Below are positions 40,100 to 53,546 of a stretch of 64,000 nucleotides of DNA, in pieces. A program made the translations under genes and the position numbers. Position 1 is the first letter of the stretch. Each line of letters starts with the position of its first letter. The notes beneath the pieces were generated by a model. That model did not search any database. It was not told the origin of the DNA and worked only from the letters and a program-made list of their open reading frames with translations. Source of the stretch: Selaginella moellendorffii (lineage: Eukaryota > Plantae > Lycopodiophyta); the NCBI RefSeq assembly GCF_000143415.4, contig NW_003314325.1, forward strand, positions 652,086 through 716,085. Reading direction: 5' to 3'.

Positions 40100-41223
40100 G
40101 CAAAAGAAAAGTGATTTTTATTAGGGGAGTCCAAATAGACAACTCCTACTCTATTTGGACAAGTCATTTCCCAATTGCAACAGAGGTGGACCTTAAAGCA
40201 GAGTGAACTTGAGCAGTCGGGGAGGCTTCTTGGGACACACAACTGCTTTGTGATTAGGATCAACATAGTAGAGGTAAAGATTTTGAGATACTTGCTTCTC
40301 AACAGGACTCAACTTCCCTCTGATGAGTCGGGGAGTACCAGAAATATTCATCAGGAATGGAGCAATAGGTTCAAAAGTATGCCTCGAAGACTCAAGCTGG
40401 GATTCCTGAGTCTGGGACATGAAAACAGCGGCACAGCGACTTTTCTGAAGAGGAGAAAACCATGACAAAGCTACACCTTCGAGCAACGTCCCGATCACGC
40501 CAATTTGAGACTCGGGAGTGGGGTACTGCCGATATTGAAGTGCGAAGATCAGCTCCATCTGGTTCAGGAATCCACGAAGCTCCAAACACTTGCCTGAGAA
40601 CTTTGCTAGGAAACTCACCTTTAGTTCAAGAACTCTACTTGATCCTTGAGCTGAAAGTGAAGCAAGCTCCTATTACATGTGAAGAAGGGCTGTCTTCAGC
40701 TTGGTATTCTCATACTGGACTTTTGTAAGGACTTTGGCCAAGGAATCAAGATGGCTTGCAGACTCCATCGGCAAAGAAAAAAAAAAGGGGGGAAAAAGGA
40801 AAATGCAATCAAACAGTCAAAACGAGCTAAAGAAAAAGCAAAAAGCACAATTTGAATCAAACTGTCAAGATCCCCAACAAGATTAGGATTGAAAAATGTG
40901 GAAGACAAAGAAAAAAGCTAGTGGAAACGAAGAAAATGCCTTAGATTGGTGTTGATTCAGATTGTGGAGAAATGGAACAAGGCTAACCTATATATACTAT
41001 AGGTTGATAAAGCTCTACCACTCTTAGATTGAGGACGGCCTAAATATAGCTGAGGTCGAAGAGGTGCCACATCATTATCAGGAATGTGGTTCAAGAATCA
41101 AGAATCATACGGGAAATCAGAGAGTCAAGAATAGGGAAGTGTCTTGAGAGTCAAGAATGTGGTATGCGGGTCAGGAATGCAGCAAGAGTCAGGAATGTGG
41201 TAAGAATTGGGGGATTCCTAACA
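40100..41223 (-). mobile_element. Tandem duplicate of the family D fragment (LTR 40863-41223), with a further gag deletion
   Basis: Colinear with ~38553-40022 apart from a ~320-bp deletion; the same family A LTR flank follows both copies. Confidence 0.85.
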
Positions 41224-44077
41224 TAAACTATGCCTTAGGTTAGTTGGCTATGCCCAACCTACCCACTATCCCTACTATACATTTGAAAACCCCCTACAAC
41301 AACCCCCCCTCCCCCGAGGAACACATGCTTTGGGCTGTCAACCCAAGCCTCCCCAAGAGTTAATCTCTGAGACAAGCTCGAAACTTACTAAATATGGAAT
41401 ATCCCTAAATTGTGAATTTGGACACAGTATGAGCACTAGTGAACACCAATTTTGACATTCTATAGATATGCCAAATAAGCAAATTTAAACATTTGAGACT
41501 GGAATGAGACTAATACAAAAGGTATGATAGCAAGGGTGTTTGGCAGACACGGTAAAGTATCATTTAGTAATATTGAGGGACTAGTTTTAATATGCGATGG
41601 TTTTTGTCAAGCCAGTGCAAAACAAAGTAAAAGAGAACTAAGAGCCAGGCCGAGTATGCTCAAAAAGAAACATACAGAAGTTGTTATCTTATGTCCATCT
41701 AACTAAGTACAGTAAGCCTAGTTTACTAACAGTTGAACAAATAGAACTGCTAAAGGGTCTAGCAATACTGACTTCTTGCCATTGTGGCAATAAGGAAAGA
41801 ATATCTGAAAGGACAGTTGATAAGTAACTTTCGATACCCGAAGTTACATCTGCGACACTCTTCCCCCCCTTAGGGAAGATCGACATCCTCGTCGATGCAT
41901 ACTTGAGTTTAAACCAACAACAAGGAAACAACTCTAGACGGTGGTCACATTATGTAAAAAATGCATCAACTTAAATGAGTTAAGATAACTTCTTTGTCTG
42001 ACACAAATGCGCTACCAACTCAGACACCTTCCGGCTGTTGCCGACAAAGAAATAGCCAATGGAGTTAGCCACCCTTGTTGCTCTAGGTGTCACCCAACTT
42101 ACAAAAGTGTGATATACCTCTACCTACAGGGACATAGAGAGAGAAGCTAGAGGCCCCAACCCTCCTAAGTAAAGAAACCAAACCTGTTAGTAAGGTTAAA
42201 ATAGACTACTGTAAATAGGCAATTAGAGTTGTTTGCAAGGTCATGCCCTTTGTACAGAATAAGGAATATCAATAAAGAGGCAGGTGATGTGACCAATTGA
42301 CAGTAGCTACCCTATGACTAAAGATTTCACCATTCACACAAAGTGCCGAAGCTAATGTGTGTATACTAACTCAAACTTAATGATTAATAGATGGACAATA
42401 TCAAAGTCAAAGACAATGATATCTTAGAGACTTAATTATCAAGGATTAAAGTTTAGATTAAAACATAAAACTATTCCAAATAAGTTATCATATGATACAC
42501 TAGAATTATAGTATAAGAACCACCAAGATCACTATAGTTGGAAAATATAGGATTTACTATCTAACAAAATTCAATAGTCAGTGTATCATTAGTAAAACTT
42601 AATACTATTGAAAGAACACAAAGTATCACCAATTAGCAAGCAAGATGCTCGTGAAAGTTTCACTCGAAGGAAATAACATCTTATTCTATCAAAACTAATT
42701 AAAGCAACAATCAATAAAACAAAATGAATGTTGCAAAACTAATAAACATAGCATTCATATCAACTATTGCACTAACTAATCTAAATAGATCCCAGTCATA
42801 ATACAAAGGAACTCAAGTTGCTTAAGTAAGCGTTAGCAATATCCTAATGATATCTCAAACCCAAAAGACCAATCTAAAAAAACCACAAAAAATTTGTAGT
42901 AATGCAAAAGCTATAAGCTATCAAAGAGAATAATTAACTATCATGAAAAATCATCAATCATCTCATTAATAGAGAGATGCATAATTATTATTGAAGAAAG
43001 AATTTACCATCCTGAAGAACGACAAATCATTTTAGATAATAATCAATCATCACCAATGATTACTAGATGCAAATACTAATATTAATATAAGTTATAAGCC
43101 TGAATGCCTTTCCCAACAACTTATAACAAATAGACCATAAGTATGAAAACTCAAGGAACCAAATGCTTGAAGAAGCATATAGCCAAATCTTGCTTAACAA
43201 TGATCATAAGTTTCACATAAACCAATTTCAATGCTAAAAAAAATATCATGGTACAACCCACAACATTCTCTTCAACACATCCATAAACTAAACTTCATAA
43301 TAATAACACGAATGAAAAGAATATTTACATCAATCCAAAAGCTAAGCATAACAAAGCTATGCTCAATAAATGATCCCCAAACGATCCTCCATGAATCCAT
43401 CTATAGCCAAACGTAACTCACTTTATAACAAGCACAAGAAGAATCATCAATGATGGATATAATTTCAACTCAAATCCAATAAATAATTAAACATTCCAAT
43501 ATCAATTATTAGCTCTTCTTCTCGTAAAGCTAGCATAGCCTACGACAATATCACTTTTCAAGGAAAAGTTAAAACTCAACCTCTGCTAAACAATCTCATA
43601 TAGAATACAACTAATTTAATTTGCCACTCAACTTGTTTGAACACCAACATAGTTGCTAATTAACAAATGCATGAATGTTAATAACACAAAGCTACAACCA
43701 AATCATTAACACTATCTACATCAAGATTAATGAAACTCAATATCAATCTTATGGACATCTCTTCCCACTTAAATATCAATATCAACAATATCAACAATAG
43801 GGCATCATTTTAATGCCATTAACACCATAACAAAACTAAAAGAAAGTAATGCCACCCAAAACTTTCTAACAACTAAGCTAACCAAAGTTTAAAATACTTT
43901 ACTCAGTATCCAAGATTAATTCTTTAACAAAACTCAGTTATGGATAACACTTCATCAAGGAGTGAATCACCACATCCAAGATGCATCAAAATCCAACACC
44001 ATGGACTAAACGTAACCAAATGATATTAACAAAGGTAAAATTGATATGCCAACATGGAAAACCCATGTAAATCTAAC
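41224..44077 (-). mobile_element. Decayed family A copy: partial 3' LTR (to 41857), PPT and internal region
   Basis: Homologous to ~16815-19820. Confidence 0.85.
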
Positions 44078-44533
44078 TGTAGTGGTTTTTACCCTTTATT
44101 TTATGGTGATTTACCATACAATAACACCACGAAGCAGAACCTAAACCCTCTTTATGCCACATGACACATGCCACGTGTCATATGCCACGTGTCCAAAGGA
44201 CAATGTTGCGGAACCTGAGGTTCAGGGCCTTGGGCCACTAAACAAAGGAACGGTGCCAAACTCCCTAGCATAGAGCCAAAGAGTGACGGAACTGAATCAT
44301 GGAGCAACTCCTAAGCATACAGCCCAAGGAGCGAAGGGGCAGAAGCCTGGAGCGACTTGGAATAATCCTAGAGCAACTAGTATCCCAATGCCAGGACCAG
44401 CATGCAAAACAGAGCCAAACAGAGTCTAGCGCTATTTCGGAGTTGGGAGCTAAACTATGCTTTAGGTTGGTCGGCCATGCCCGACCTACCCACTATCCCT
44501 ACTATACATTTGGAACCCCCTGCCCCCTTTGAG
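44078..44533 (-). repeat. Family A LTR, left part; continues at 62302-62565
   Basis: LTR homology stops at CCCCTTTGAG (44524-44533) and resumes at CCCCTTTGAGGAACAC (62302). Confidence 0.8.
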
Positions 44534-44755
44534 ACAGAAAATCCCTAGGCCCCAAAGTGGAGCCGAAAGGGTGCCACGTGGTAGTGGCCGAAGTGAAAGA
44601 CAAACAAGCGTAACATGTTTAGACTAAAAGCTCTGACTTGAAAAGTCGAGAGTAGGAGTGGAACTCCCAACGACGTCCTCGAGGAATAAGCACAAAGCAA
44701 GCAATAAGTGAGTCTCTAGAAAAGGGACACAAGAGGACTAACATATGACACGTGG

Positions 44756-45272
44756 AGGAGTCCGAGATGGAGTCCGAGATGGACCGAGATGGAGTCCGAG
44801 ATGGACCCGAGATGGAGTCTGAGATGGAGTCTGAGATGGACCCGAGATGGAGTCCAAGATGGACCCAAGATGGAGTCCGAGATGGACCCGAGATGGAGTC
44901 CAAGATGGACCCAAGATGGAGTCCGAGATGGACCCGAGATGGAGTCCAAGATGGACCTGAGATGGAGTCCGAGATGGATCCGAGATGGAGTCCGAGAAGG
45001 AGTCCGAGATGGAATCCAAGATGGAGTCCGAAGTCGAGATGGACCGAGACCGGGACCGAGGCTGAGGCCGAGGCCAAGACCGAGGCCAAGTCCAAGTCCA
45101 AGTCCAAGTCCGAGTCCGAGTCCGAGTCCGAGTCCGAGTCCGAGTCCGAGTCCGAGTCCGAGTCCGAGTCCGAGTCCGAGTCCGAGTCCGAGTCCAAGTC
45201 CAAGTCCGAGTCCGAGTCCGAGTCCCAGTTTCAGTCCGAGTCCGAGTCCCAATCCGAGTCCAAGTCCGAGTT
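44756..45272. repeat. Compound satellite: GAGATGGAGTCC/GAGATGGACCC units, then a pure (GAGTCC)n hexamer run
   Basis: Directly visible tandem repeats; the source of the spurious poly-SE/LG/PS ORFs. Confidence 0.95.
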
Positions 45273-45780
45273 CAAGTTTGAGGGGGTGAAAGCCCAAAGC
45301 ATTCGTCTCCTAGACCCTGGGGGGTTTAGTGAGCTCCAAAAGTATAGTAAGGGGAGGACTTTAGTGGAGCCAGTTTGTCCAGGAAAAGCTAGTTTGGCCC
45401 AAGAAGGCCAAATCCAGTGTTGAGTGATGATCTAACTACTGGGAAGTCCAAGGCTAGAGTGAATACAGACCGACAAGCAGGGTAGCTTGGTGAAGTGTTC
45501 AAGAGCCGGCTCTAGTTCCCCCGGGAGATCGAATGGTCAATACTCCCAGTCTAAGTGTGGGTGGCACTCCCTACTTGGATACCTAGTGTGGCTCAATGGA
45601 ACCTCACTTTAAGCCCATAGTTAAAGCACCCAAAGGTGGAAGGTGGGGAGAGTACCTAGGAGGCCCGCGTAGAGCCACAGTGTTCCGAAATGTTGTCCCT
45701 CTAGAAAGGGAGAGGAGTAGCCCTCTAGTGCGGTGACCAAAGACACAATCACATGGTGAGGAAGTCCCAGAAGACCATGG

Positions 45781-46732
45781 TGTAAGCCACAAATTTTTCC
45801 ATGCCAATTTGCCAGCTTACCTCGTCTATCCGACCAACACCTCCTTGGCTTGTGCTAAGTTCCCTTGCCAAGGTTCTCGCCTCTTGTACCAGCTCCTACT
45901 TGGTTCTACTTGGTTTCAGCTACTCACTGCACGAACAACGGAGTGTTAGCCATCCATCTATAGATTACCAAATCTCTCCCAATCCCCCTCCCCGGGTTAG
46001 ACTAGACTTAAGGTTTGGCTACACACCCCACAGGCACAAGCAGCCAAGCACACCAAGCCTCCAGGTTCCTAACACCCCTTGGTACAACAAGACTTGATCA
46101 TAGGACCTCTAAATCCCAAGCCTTGGGTGCAGCACTTGCTTCGGGACGTCGGGGCGAAACACCGTGGCCTAACGGCCCGGTATGGGTACCTCTACCCCCC
46201 ACTTCCATCCCGAAGGGAAGGCCCAAGCCCCTAGGAATGGCAAGGACCAATGAGCTACAAGGTACTCAAATGGGGCACCACTCCACATGAGCCAGGAGCA
46301 CCGCAGTCGGTTTCCCTTTCGGGAGTGGGAGCTGCTCTTGAGCACTTCCCTGGGTGGCCCCTCCGGCACCACCCAAGCCCATGCCCACTCTCTGGCTCGA
46401 TCTCGGACTCGATCTCGGATCCGACTTCGGATTCAGTCTCGGACTCGATCTCGGACTCGATCTCGGACCCAATCTTGGACCCGACCTCGGACTCGACCTC
46501 GGACTCGGTCTTGGACCCAATTTCGGATCTCGGACTCCGTCTCGAGCTCGGTCTCGAACTCGGTCTCCGAGTCAGTCTCGAACTCGATTCCGGACTCTAT
46601 CTCGAACTCAGTCTTAGAGTCGGTCTTGGACTCGATCTTAGACTTGGTTCCATCCAATGATCTCTTTATCATTTTGGTCATGCTTTCAAGGCTCCTTTAG
46701 CTTACGACACCTCGGCGAGTTGGTTCCTTACA
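45781..46732 (-). repeat. 3' LTR of the outer family C copy (~200-bp internal deletion)
   Basis: TGTAAGCCAC...GGTTCCTTACA; matches 60654-61809. Confidence 0.93.
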
Positions 46733-47135
46733 ACTCCACCATCCATAGAAGAAGTTCAATGCCCACATCGAACATCTCTTTTTTATCCTATGACTTGTTG
46801 ACCATGTCTCCGGGGGCATCCCCCCACTTAGCGGTGTGCCTAAGTTAGCCTCCCCGGCAAGGAGCCCATGACAACGGAATATAGGTGTCCCTATACTCCT
46901 CACCTCAACACGCCCTAGTATGGGGTCGAGACTTGAACCCAGCCTTGCTTTACTAGGGGGTTGGGACTCGAACCCAACCTCCATAGAATACGTCTACGGA
47001 TTCGACATCCCCGCAGGGAGTCGGGCGTAGTTCCCTACGCCTGGTCGACCTAGCTAACCCATGCTAATTAGCTTACCTTCGGCACGCCTTCGGGTCCCAA
47101 CATATGCCATTGCTCAACTTCTCAAATTGATACTT

Positions 47136-47987
47136 TTAATTGAACTTTGCATAAGTACATAGAGTTCTACCTTGCAGAAATTCCTCCACTAGATCTCGCG
47201 CGTTCGCTATGTTCTCCTCCAGTTCCCATGTTGCTTCGCAGTGTGGAAATCCTTTCCACTTCACATGGAACTCTCTCACCTCGCGTCCTTGTCGCTTGCT
47301 CTTGTGCGCATTGAGGATGGCCTCGACTTCGTATTCCTCTTCCCCTTGGATAACCTCAAGTAAAGGTCTCACTTGGTCCTTGCGAAGCGGATCCTCAAAG
47401 TACGGCTTGAGTAAGTTCACGTGGAACACTGGGTGCATCTTCCCCATCTCTCGAGGAAGTCAGAGACGGTAAGCCATCTTACCGATTTGAGCCTCAATCT
47501 CGTAAGGCCCCGCGAACCTGCTTAAGGAACTCAAGATCAATTCATTTATAGGAATACATGCATTTTTACCTTTGGGTCAACTTCCGGCTGATCCCACTTG
47601 GTAGTCTGAGGTTCTTGGTGTTCAGCCACACCTTCTCCCCAGCTTGGAACTCTATGCCCCGGTGCTTCTGGTTCGCGTACTTGGTTTGCCTTTGTTGCAC
47701 CCGTTCCAAGGAATCCCTCACTAGATTCCAAATGTTGAGTCTTTCCGCCGTGAATGCCTCCATTGCGGGTAGCTCTCTATGATACTCGGCCACGCCGAGT
47801 TCCACAGGACCTTCAATAGCTCGCCCATTGATGACTTCCCATGGACTCACCTCGATACTCAAATGTGGTGAGTTGTTATAACACATTTCCGCAAGTCATA
47901 AATGACTTACCCAATCGGTCTGGTCTTCCGAGACATAGCATTGCAAATAATCCTCCAGCTGCCTATTCACCCTTTCCGTTTGTCTAT
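47136..47987 (-). pseudogene. pol: pol of the outer copy: integrase C-terminal exons and chromodomain
   Basis: QTERVNRQLEDYL; KLTQR|FAGPY across a 52-nt intron (47518-47569); chromodomain EEEYEVEAIL..VKWKGFP..TWE. Confidence 0.9.
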
Positions 47988-48000
47988 CTGTCAAGAAGTG

Positions 48001-49157
48001 TGTAAGGAACCGACTCCCCGAGATGTCGTAGGCTAAAGGATCCCCAAAAGCTTGACGGAAATGACAAAGAGTTCATCGGATGGGACCAAGTCGAGGATCG
48101 AGTCCAAGACCGACTCTAGGACCGAGTTCGAGATAGAGTCCGGAATTAAGTCCGAGATCGACTCGGGGACCGAGTTCGAGTCCGAGTTCAAGACCGAGTT
48201 CGAGACGGAGTCCGAGATCCGAAATCGGGTCCGAGACCGAGTCCGAGGTCAAGTCTGAGGTCGGATCCGAGATCGGGTCCGAGATCGAGTCCGAGGTCGA
48301 GTCCGAGACCGAATCCGAAGTCGGATCTGAAATCGGGTCCGAGATCGAGCCAGAGACTAAGTCCAAATACTAATACGGGTTAAGGGGTGAAAGCCCAAAG
48401 CGTGTGTCTCCCAGGGGGGGGCCTGCAGGGGGTTCCAAAAGTATAGTAGGGATAGTGAGGTCCAGGAACCAGTCTTGAAGGAACTCTCCAGTGGTGCTTC
48501 CAAACTGACTTGAGGTTGAGACTGGGGCCGAGGCGCCTTGGGTGGGAGTGAGCATGGGCTTGGGTGGTGCCGGAGGGGCCACCTAGGGAAGTGCTCAAGA
48601 GCAGCTCCCACTCCCGAAAGGGAAACCGACTGCGGTGCTCCCGGCTCAGGTGGAGTGGTGCCCCACTTGAGTACCTTGTGGCTCATTGGTCCTCGCCCTT
48701 CCTAGGGGCTTGGGCCTTCCCTTCGGGATGGAAGTGGGGGGGTAGAGGTACCCATACCGGGCCATTAGGCCACGGTGTTTCGCCCCGACGTCCCGAAGAA
48801 AGTGCTGCACCCAAAGCTTGGAATTTAGAGGGTCCCATGATCAAGTCTTGTGGTACCAAGGAATGTTAGGAATCTGGAGGCTTCGTGTGCTTGGCTACTT
48901 GTGCCTGCGGGGAGTGTAGCCGAACCTTAAGTCCAGTCTAACCCGGGGAGGGGGATTGGGAAAGATTTGGGAATCCGTAAATGGATGGCTAACACTCCGT
49001 TGCTCATGCAGTGAGTAGTTGAAACCAAGTAGGACCAAGTAGGAGCTGGTACCATAGGCGAGAACCTTGGTGAAGGAACTTAGCACAAGCCAAGGTAGAG
49101 TTGGACGGATAGTCGAGGTAAGCTGGCAAATTGGAAAGGATAAATTAGTGGCTTACA
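48001..49157 (+). repeat. 5' LTR of the inner family C copy
   Basis: TGTAAGGAAC...GTGGCTTACA; contains degenerate GAGTCC/GAGATC hexamer repeats. Confidence 0.95.
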
Positions 49158-49216
49158 ATTTGGTATCGGAGCGTTTCCCTTAGTTCTAGCAAATGATAGA
49201 GGCGGATTGCTAGGAG

Positions 49217-50410
49217 ATGGCAAAGGCAGGGCGTAAGCGAACCCAAGCGGAGACAGAACCTCCGCCAGAGCTGGAGCCTCCGGTCGAACAACAGGCTATG
49301 GATGAGGAATCCTTGCATGAGGAGGACTCCAGTGAGGAAACTTCCAAACATGAGTCCGGTGGCGAGGTTCGGTCGTCCAAGGCTCGATTGGACGTTCTAA
49401 AAGGACAATTGGCACAGACCAATGCCCTGCTAGAGATTCTCGTACACAAGCTAAAGCGTGACGAGAAGCGGAAGAAAAAGCGAAAGACTGCAGATGCGGG
49501 CAGCGTAGAAGGTGCGGACACTTCGGCAGGGACTGAGGCAAAACTAGACAAAGTCGAACAGACTGAAGTGGAATCAGTCCCTCAGGCAGTTCCCAAGTAC
49601 AAACCAAAGCCCCCACCGGTCTTTAAGGGAGTGAACGACTATAAGGTGGTGGAGGATTGGTTTTACGATATGGAGGACTACTTTCGAGCGTTGCGATTAC
49701 CGAGCTCGAAGAAGGTCCCATGTGCAAAACCATACTTGGCAGATAATGCCAAGTCTTGGTGGAGAACGACAGAGGCTAACGAAGGACCGGTGGCCACTTG
49801 GGAAATGATGAAGGCGAGGATCCGCGCAACTTACGTTCCTCCGAGTGCTACTCTGCATCTAAGGGACGAGCTGAGTAGACTGAAGCAGACCGGAACCATT
49901 CAGGAGTATGTGAATGGGTTCATGGCAAAGAGGATACTTGTCACGGACATGGGGGATATGGATGCGTTCCATGCCTTCATATCAGGTTTGCAAACCTGGG
50001 CTCGCGGTGAAGTAATGCGCTGGAACCCGACCAACTGAAAGGAAGCGTTGGATGCGGCCATCAAGGTGCATTTCAACGATAATCTACGAAAGGGGAACAC
50101 GACGGGGTCGAGATCCATCTTTAGCAAAGGGGTTAAACCAAGGGGAACGTTTAGCAGAGGGAAATTCAAGAGGAGTTTCTCTAAGAATGAGTCCTCGGGG
50201 TTCCGGAAAGGCAAATCCAGTGGCCAGCGAGCGAGTACGTGGGGGAGTCAAGCGAAAAGAGACAAACCCACGGATAAAAAGGTCAAGTTGTATAGCAGCG
50301 TGGGAAACAACGTATGCTACAACTGCGGTGAAGTGGGACACTTTTCGAGGGAATGTCCCTACCCGAAGAAGGCCAGAGCCAATATGGCCATCAAATCGGG
50401 TGAAGTCTAA
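49217..50410 (+). pseudogene. gag: gag of the inner copy (one premature TGA at 50036-50038)
   Basis: ORFs 49217-50038 and 50048-50410 are in frame; CYNCGEVGHFSREC knuckle. Confidence 0.9.
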
Positions 50411-53082
50411 ACTGAGGTATGTGATCTAGTCCCTAACTCAAAGTTACTCATTACACGAGCAACTTTGGTAGAGAGTCGCTCGTGACATCTACTAACCCTC
50501 CGAGGAAAGCTCGGAGGTAGCTTTGTTAAGATCCTTATTGACACAGGTGCTTCGGATAATTTTGTGGCTGCAGACATAGTCCGGCAAGCTGGACTAACGG
50601 TGCAGCGGCTAGGCGAACCCAGGACTATAGAGTTTGTTCAAGGTAGCCAAAGCACCGATGGACAAGCGAGAGTCGAAGTAGGGACTTGGAAAGTGGACAT
50701 GGACTTCACCGTGTTGGACATGGCGGGATTTAATGTGATCTTCGGAAATGGACTGGTTCAATCGGTTTGTGGTAGCCCTGCATGGACAAGGTAGAAACCT
50801 TGTGGTACTGGCAAATGCCCAAGGAAGAAGATCTAGGGTGGAGGCCCAAGATCTAAAGGTAGGGCAAAGCAAGGCCAAAGATTCCTGCTTAAACCTGGTG
50901 TCCACGAGAGGACAACTCACTAAAGGAACTAAGGCAGCCTTTTTGTGCTTACTCTCGGTGAAGAGTGACAAAAAGACAGGAACAGAAGAAGTACCTTTAG
51001 TGATCCAACAGGTGTTGGACCAATTCCAGGATACCATGCCGGAGGAGTTACTAGCAGGGTTGCCCCCCGCACGACCGATAGAACATAAGATTGAGCTGGT
51101 CGAGGGTGCTGAGGCGGTGGTTCGACCCCCTTATCGTTTGAACGAAAAAGAACTCAAGGAGCTCAAGTGCCAACTAGAGGAGTTGGTGGACAAAGGGTAT
51201 GTTAGGTTGAGCAAGTCGCCGTATGGAGCGCCGGTGTTATTTGTGAAAAAGAAAGATGGATCTATGCACATGTGCATAGACTACCGGTTGCTCAACAAGT
51301 ATACAAAGAAGAACAAGTACCCTTTGCCAAGGATTGAGGACCTATTCGATAGGTTGGGAAAGGCAAAATACTTCTCGAGGATTGACCTAAGGTCAGGATA
51401 CTACCAGATCAGGGTAGCCGAGGAAGATGTCGAAAAGACAACCTGTCGAACGAGGTATGGGAGCTTTGAGTTTCTGGTGATGCCCTTCGGGCTATGTAAT
51501 GCGCCGGCAACATTTTCGGCGCTAATGAACCACATCTTTGTACCCTATCTGGATCACTTCGTGGTCGTCTATATCGACGACATTCTGATCTATAGCGAGA
51601 CGCTAGAGGAGCATGCCGAACACTTGGCAAAGGTGTTTGAGAAACTAAGGGAACACAAATTGTACGCTAAAGAGAGCAAATGTGACTTTGCTCAACAAGA
51701 GGTAAAGTTTCTCGGGCATGTGGTGGGCCAGGATGGGCTCAAGGTGGACCCGGAGAAGGTCCAAGCGATCCAGGAATGGGAGCGACCATCGAATGTACAC
51801 GAGTTGAGGGCATTCCTGGGGCTATGCAACTACTATCGAAAGTTTATCAGACACTATTCGAGAGTAGCCCTGCCCTTAACGGACCAAATAGGAAAAGGGA
51901 AGATGGTGTGGACAGCGGAATGCGAGGTGGCATTTGTCCACCTCAAAGGGAAGTTGAGGAAGGCTCCTGTGTTGGCATTACCAGACTTTGGTAAGGACTT
52001 TGAGGTAGAAACGGATGCTTCGGACTTTGCGTTGGGCGCAGTTTTGAAGCAAGACAACCATCCGGTAGCGTTCTTCTCAAAGAAGTTGGACAAGGCTCAA
52101 TGGAAATGGCCTGCCCACGAGAAGGAATTGTTTGCAGTGGTCAAGGCACTCAAGGAGTGGCGACATTACCTTGGGAAACACTTCAAGGTTTACACGGACA
52201 ATGTGGCAACGAAACACTTCTTGTCACAACCCGACCTGAGAGGGAAACAAGGTCGGTGGGCTAATGCCTTGGCTGAGTTTGATTGCAAGATTCTGTACAA
52301 GCCTGGGAAGAGCAACATCGTGGCAGATGCGCTAAGTCGAAAAGCGAGCTTGAGGTTGGCAATATCCAGCGCAATAGCAACCTTCTGGGACGATGTGCGG
52401 ACAGCATATGAGAATGATGGTCTAGCACAAGAAGTGTTGCTGAGGAATCTAGAGGCACGGGAAGCTCACCAGAGAGGTGAGCTGCCAACGGAAGAGAAAA
52501 CAGGCTATGCGGAACGCAACGGACTCATCTATTACAAGCAAATGAGGGTGTATGTTCCAGAAGGGGAACAAAGGAAGGTGGCCTTAGAAGAGTGTCATGA
52601 TGGACCTTTTGCGGGACACGGCAGAGTGCCCAAGACGATGGGCTTACTCAAGAGGAAGTACCATTAGCCAGATATGGCTAAGGACGTCCAAGACTATGTA
52701 AAGACATGTCCAACATGTCAGCAGGTCAAAGCCGTGACTAAGGCTAGTGGGGGTTTGTTGCAAAGCATCCCAATTCCAGATCGTCCGTGGAAATGTCTTA
52801 CGATGGACTTCATCACGGGACTTCCCCCAAGCGAGGGGTTTGATGCGATATTTGTGGTGGTGGACCGATTTTCGAAAATGGCACATTTCATACCCACCAC
52901 AACGGAGGTGGATGCGGAAGGTGTGGCGAAGCTATTCTTCGAACAAGTGGTTCGAGTGTGGGGAAGACCGGAAGAGATCATCTCAGATCGAGATAAGATC
53001 TTCACCAGTAGGTTCTGGAGGACTCTCCTGGAACAGTATCGCACCAAGTTGAAATTCAGCACAGCCTATCACCCACAGACAG

Positions 53083-53128
53083 GTATGGGGTATTAAGTCA
53101 AGTTGTTGGCACTAACACTTCTTGACAG
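53083..53128 (+). other. Predicted spliceosomal intron 1 in integrase (46 nt)
   Basis: AG|GTATGG...CTAAC...TTGACAG|; removal restores YHPQTDGQTERVNRQLEDYL. Confidence 0.85.
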
Positions 53129-53546
53129 ACGGACAAACGGAAAGGGTGAATAGGCAGCTGGAGGATTATTTGCAATGCTATGTCTCGGAAGACCAGACCG
53201 ATTGGGTAAGTCATTTGGGACTTGCATAAATGTGTTATAACAATTCACCACATTCGAGTATCGGGGTGAGTCCATGGGAAGTCATCAATGGGCGAGCTAT
53301 TGAAGGTCCTGTGGAACTCGGCGTGGCCGAGTATCATGAAGAGTTGCCCGCAGTGGAGGCATTCACGGCGGAAAGACTCAGTATTTGGAATCTAGTGAGG
53401 GATTCCTTGGAACGGGCTCAACAAAGGCAAACCAAATACGCGAACCAGAAGCGTCGGGATGTAGAGTTCCAAGCTGGGGAGAAGGTGTGGCTGAACACCA
53501 AGAACCTCAGACTACCAAGTGGGATCAGCCGAAAGTTGACCCAAAG

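Noticed and set aside
44756-45040. CRISPR-like regular repeats
   Set aside because: Contiguous 11-12-bp tandem units with no unique spacers, no cas genes, and a eukaryotic context.
44619-45423. Long ORFs rich in SE, LG, PS or DS dipeptides
   Set aside because: Translations of the GAGTCC-type satellite in several frames; no sign of a real protein.
46250-48869. Many 60-140-aa ORFs in family C LTRs (also 55558-56615 and 60725-61758)
   Set aside because: They arise from stop-poor hexamer repeats and GC-rich LTR DNA; frames differ between LTR copies.
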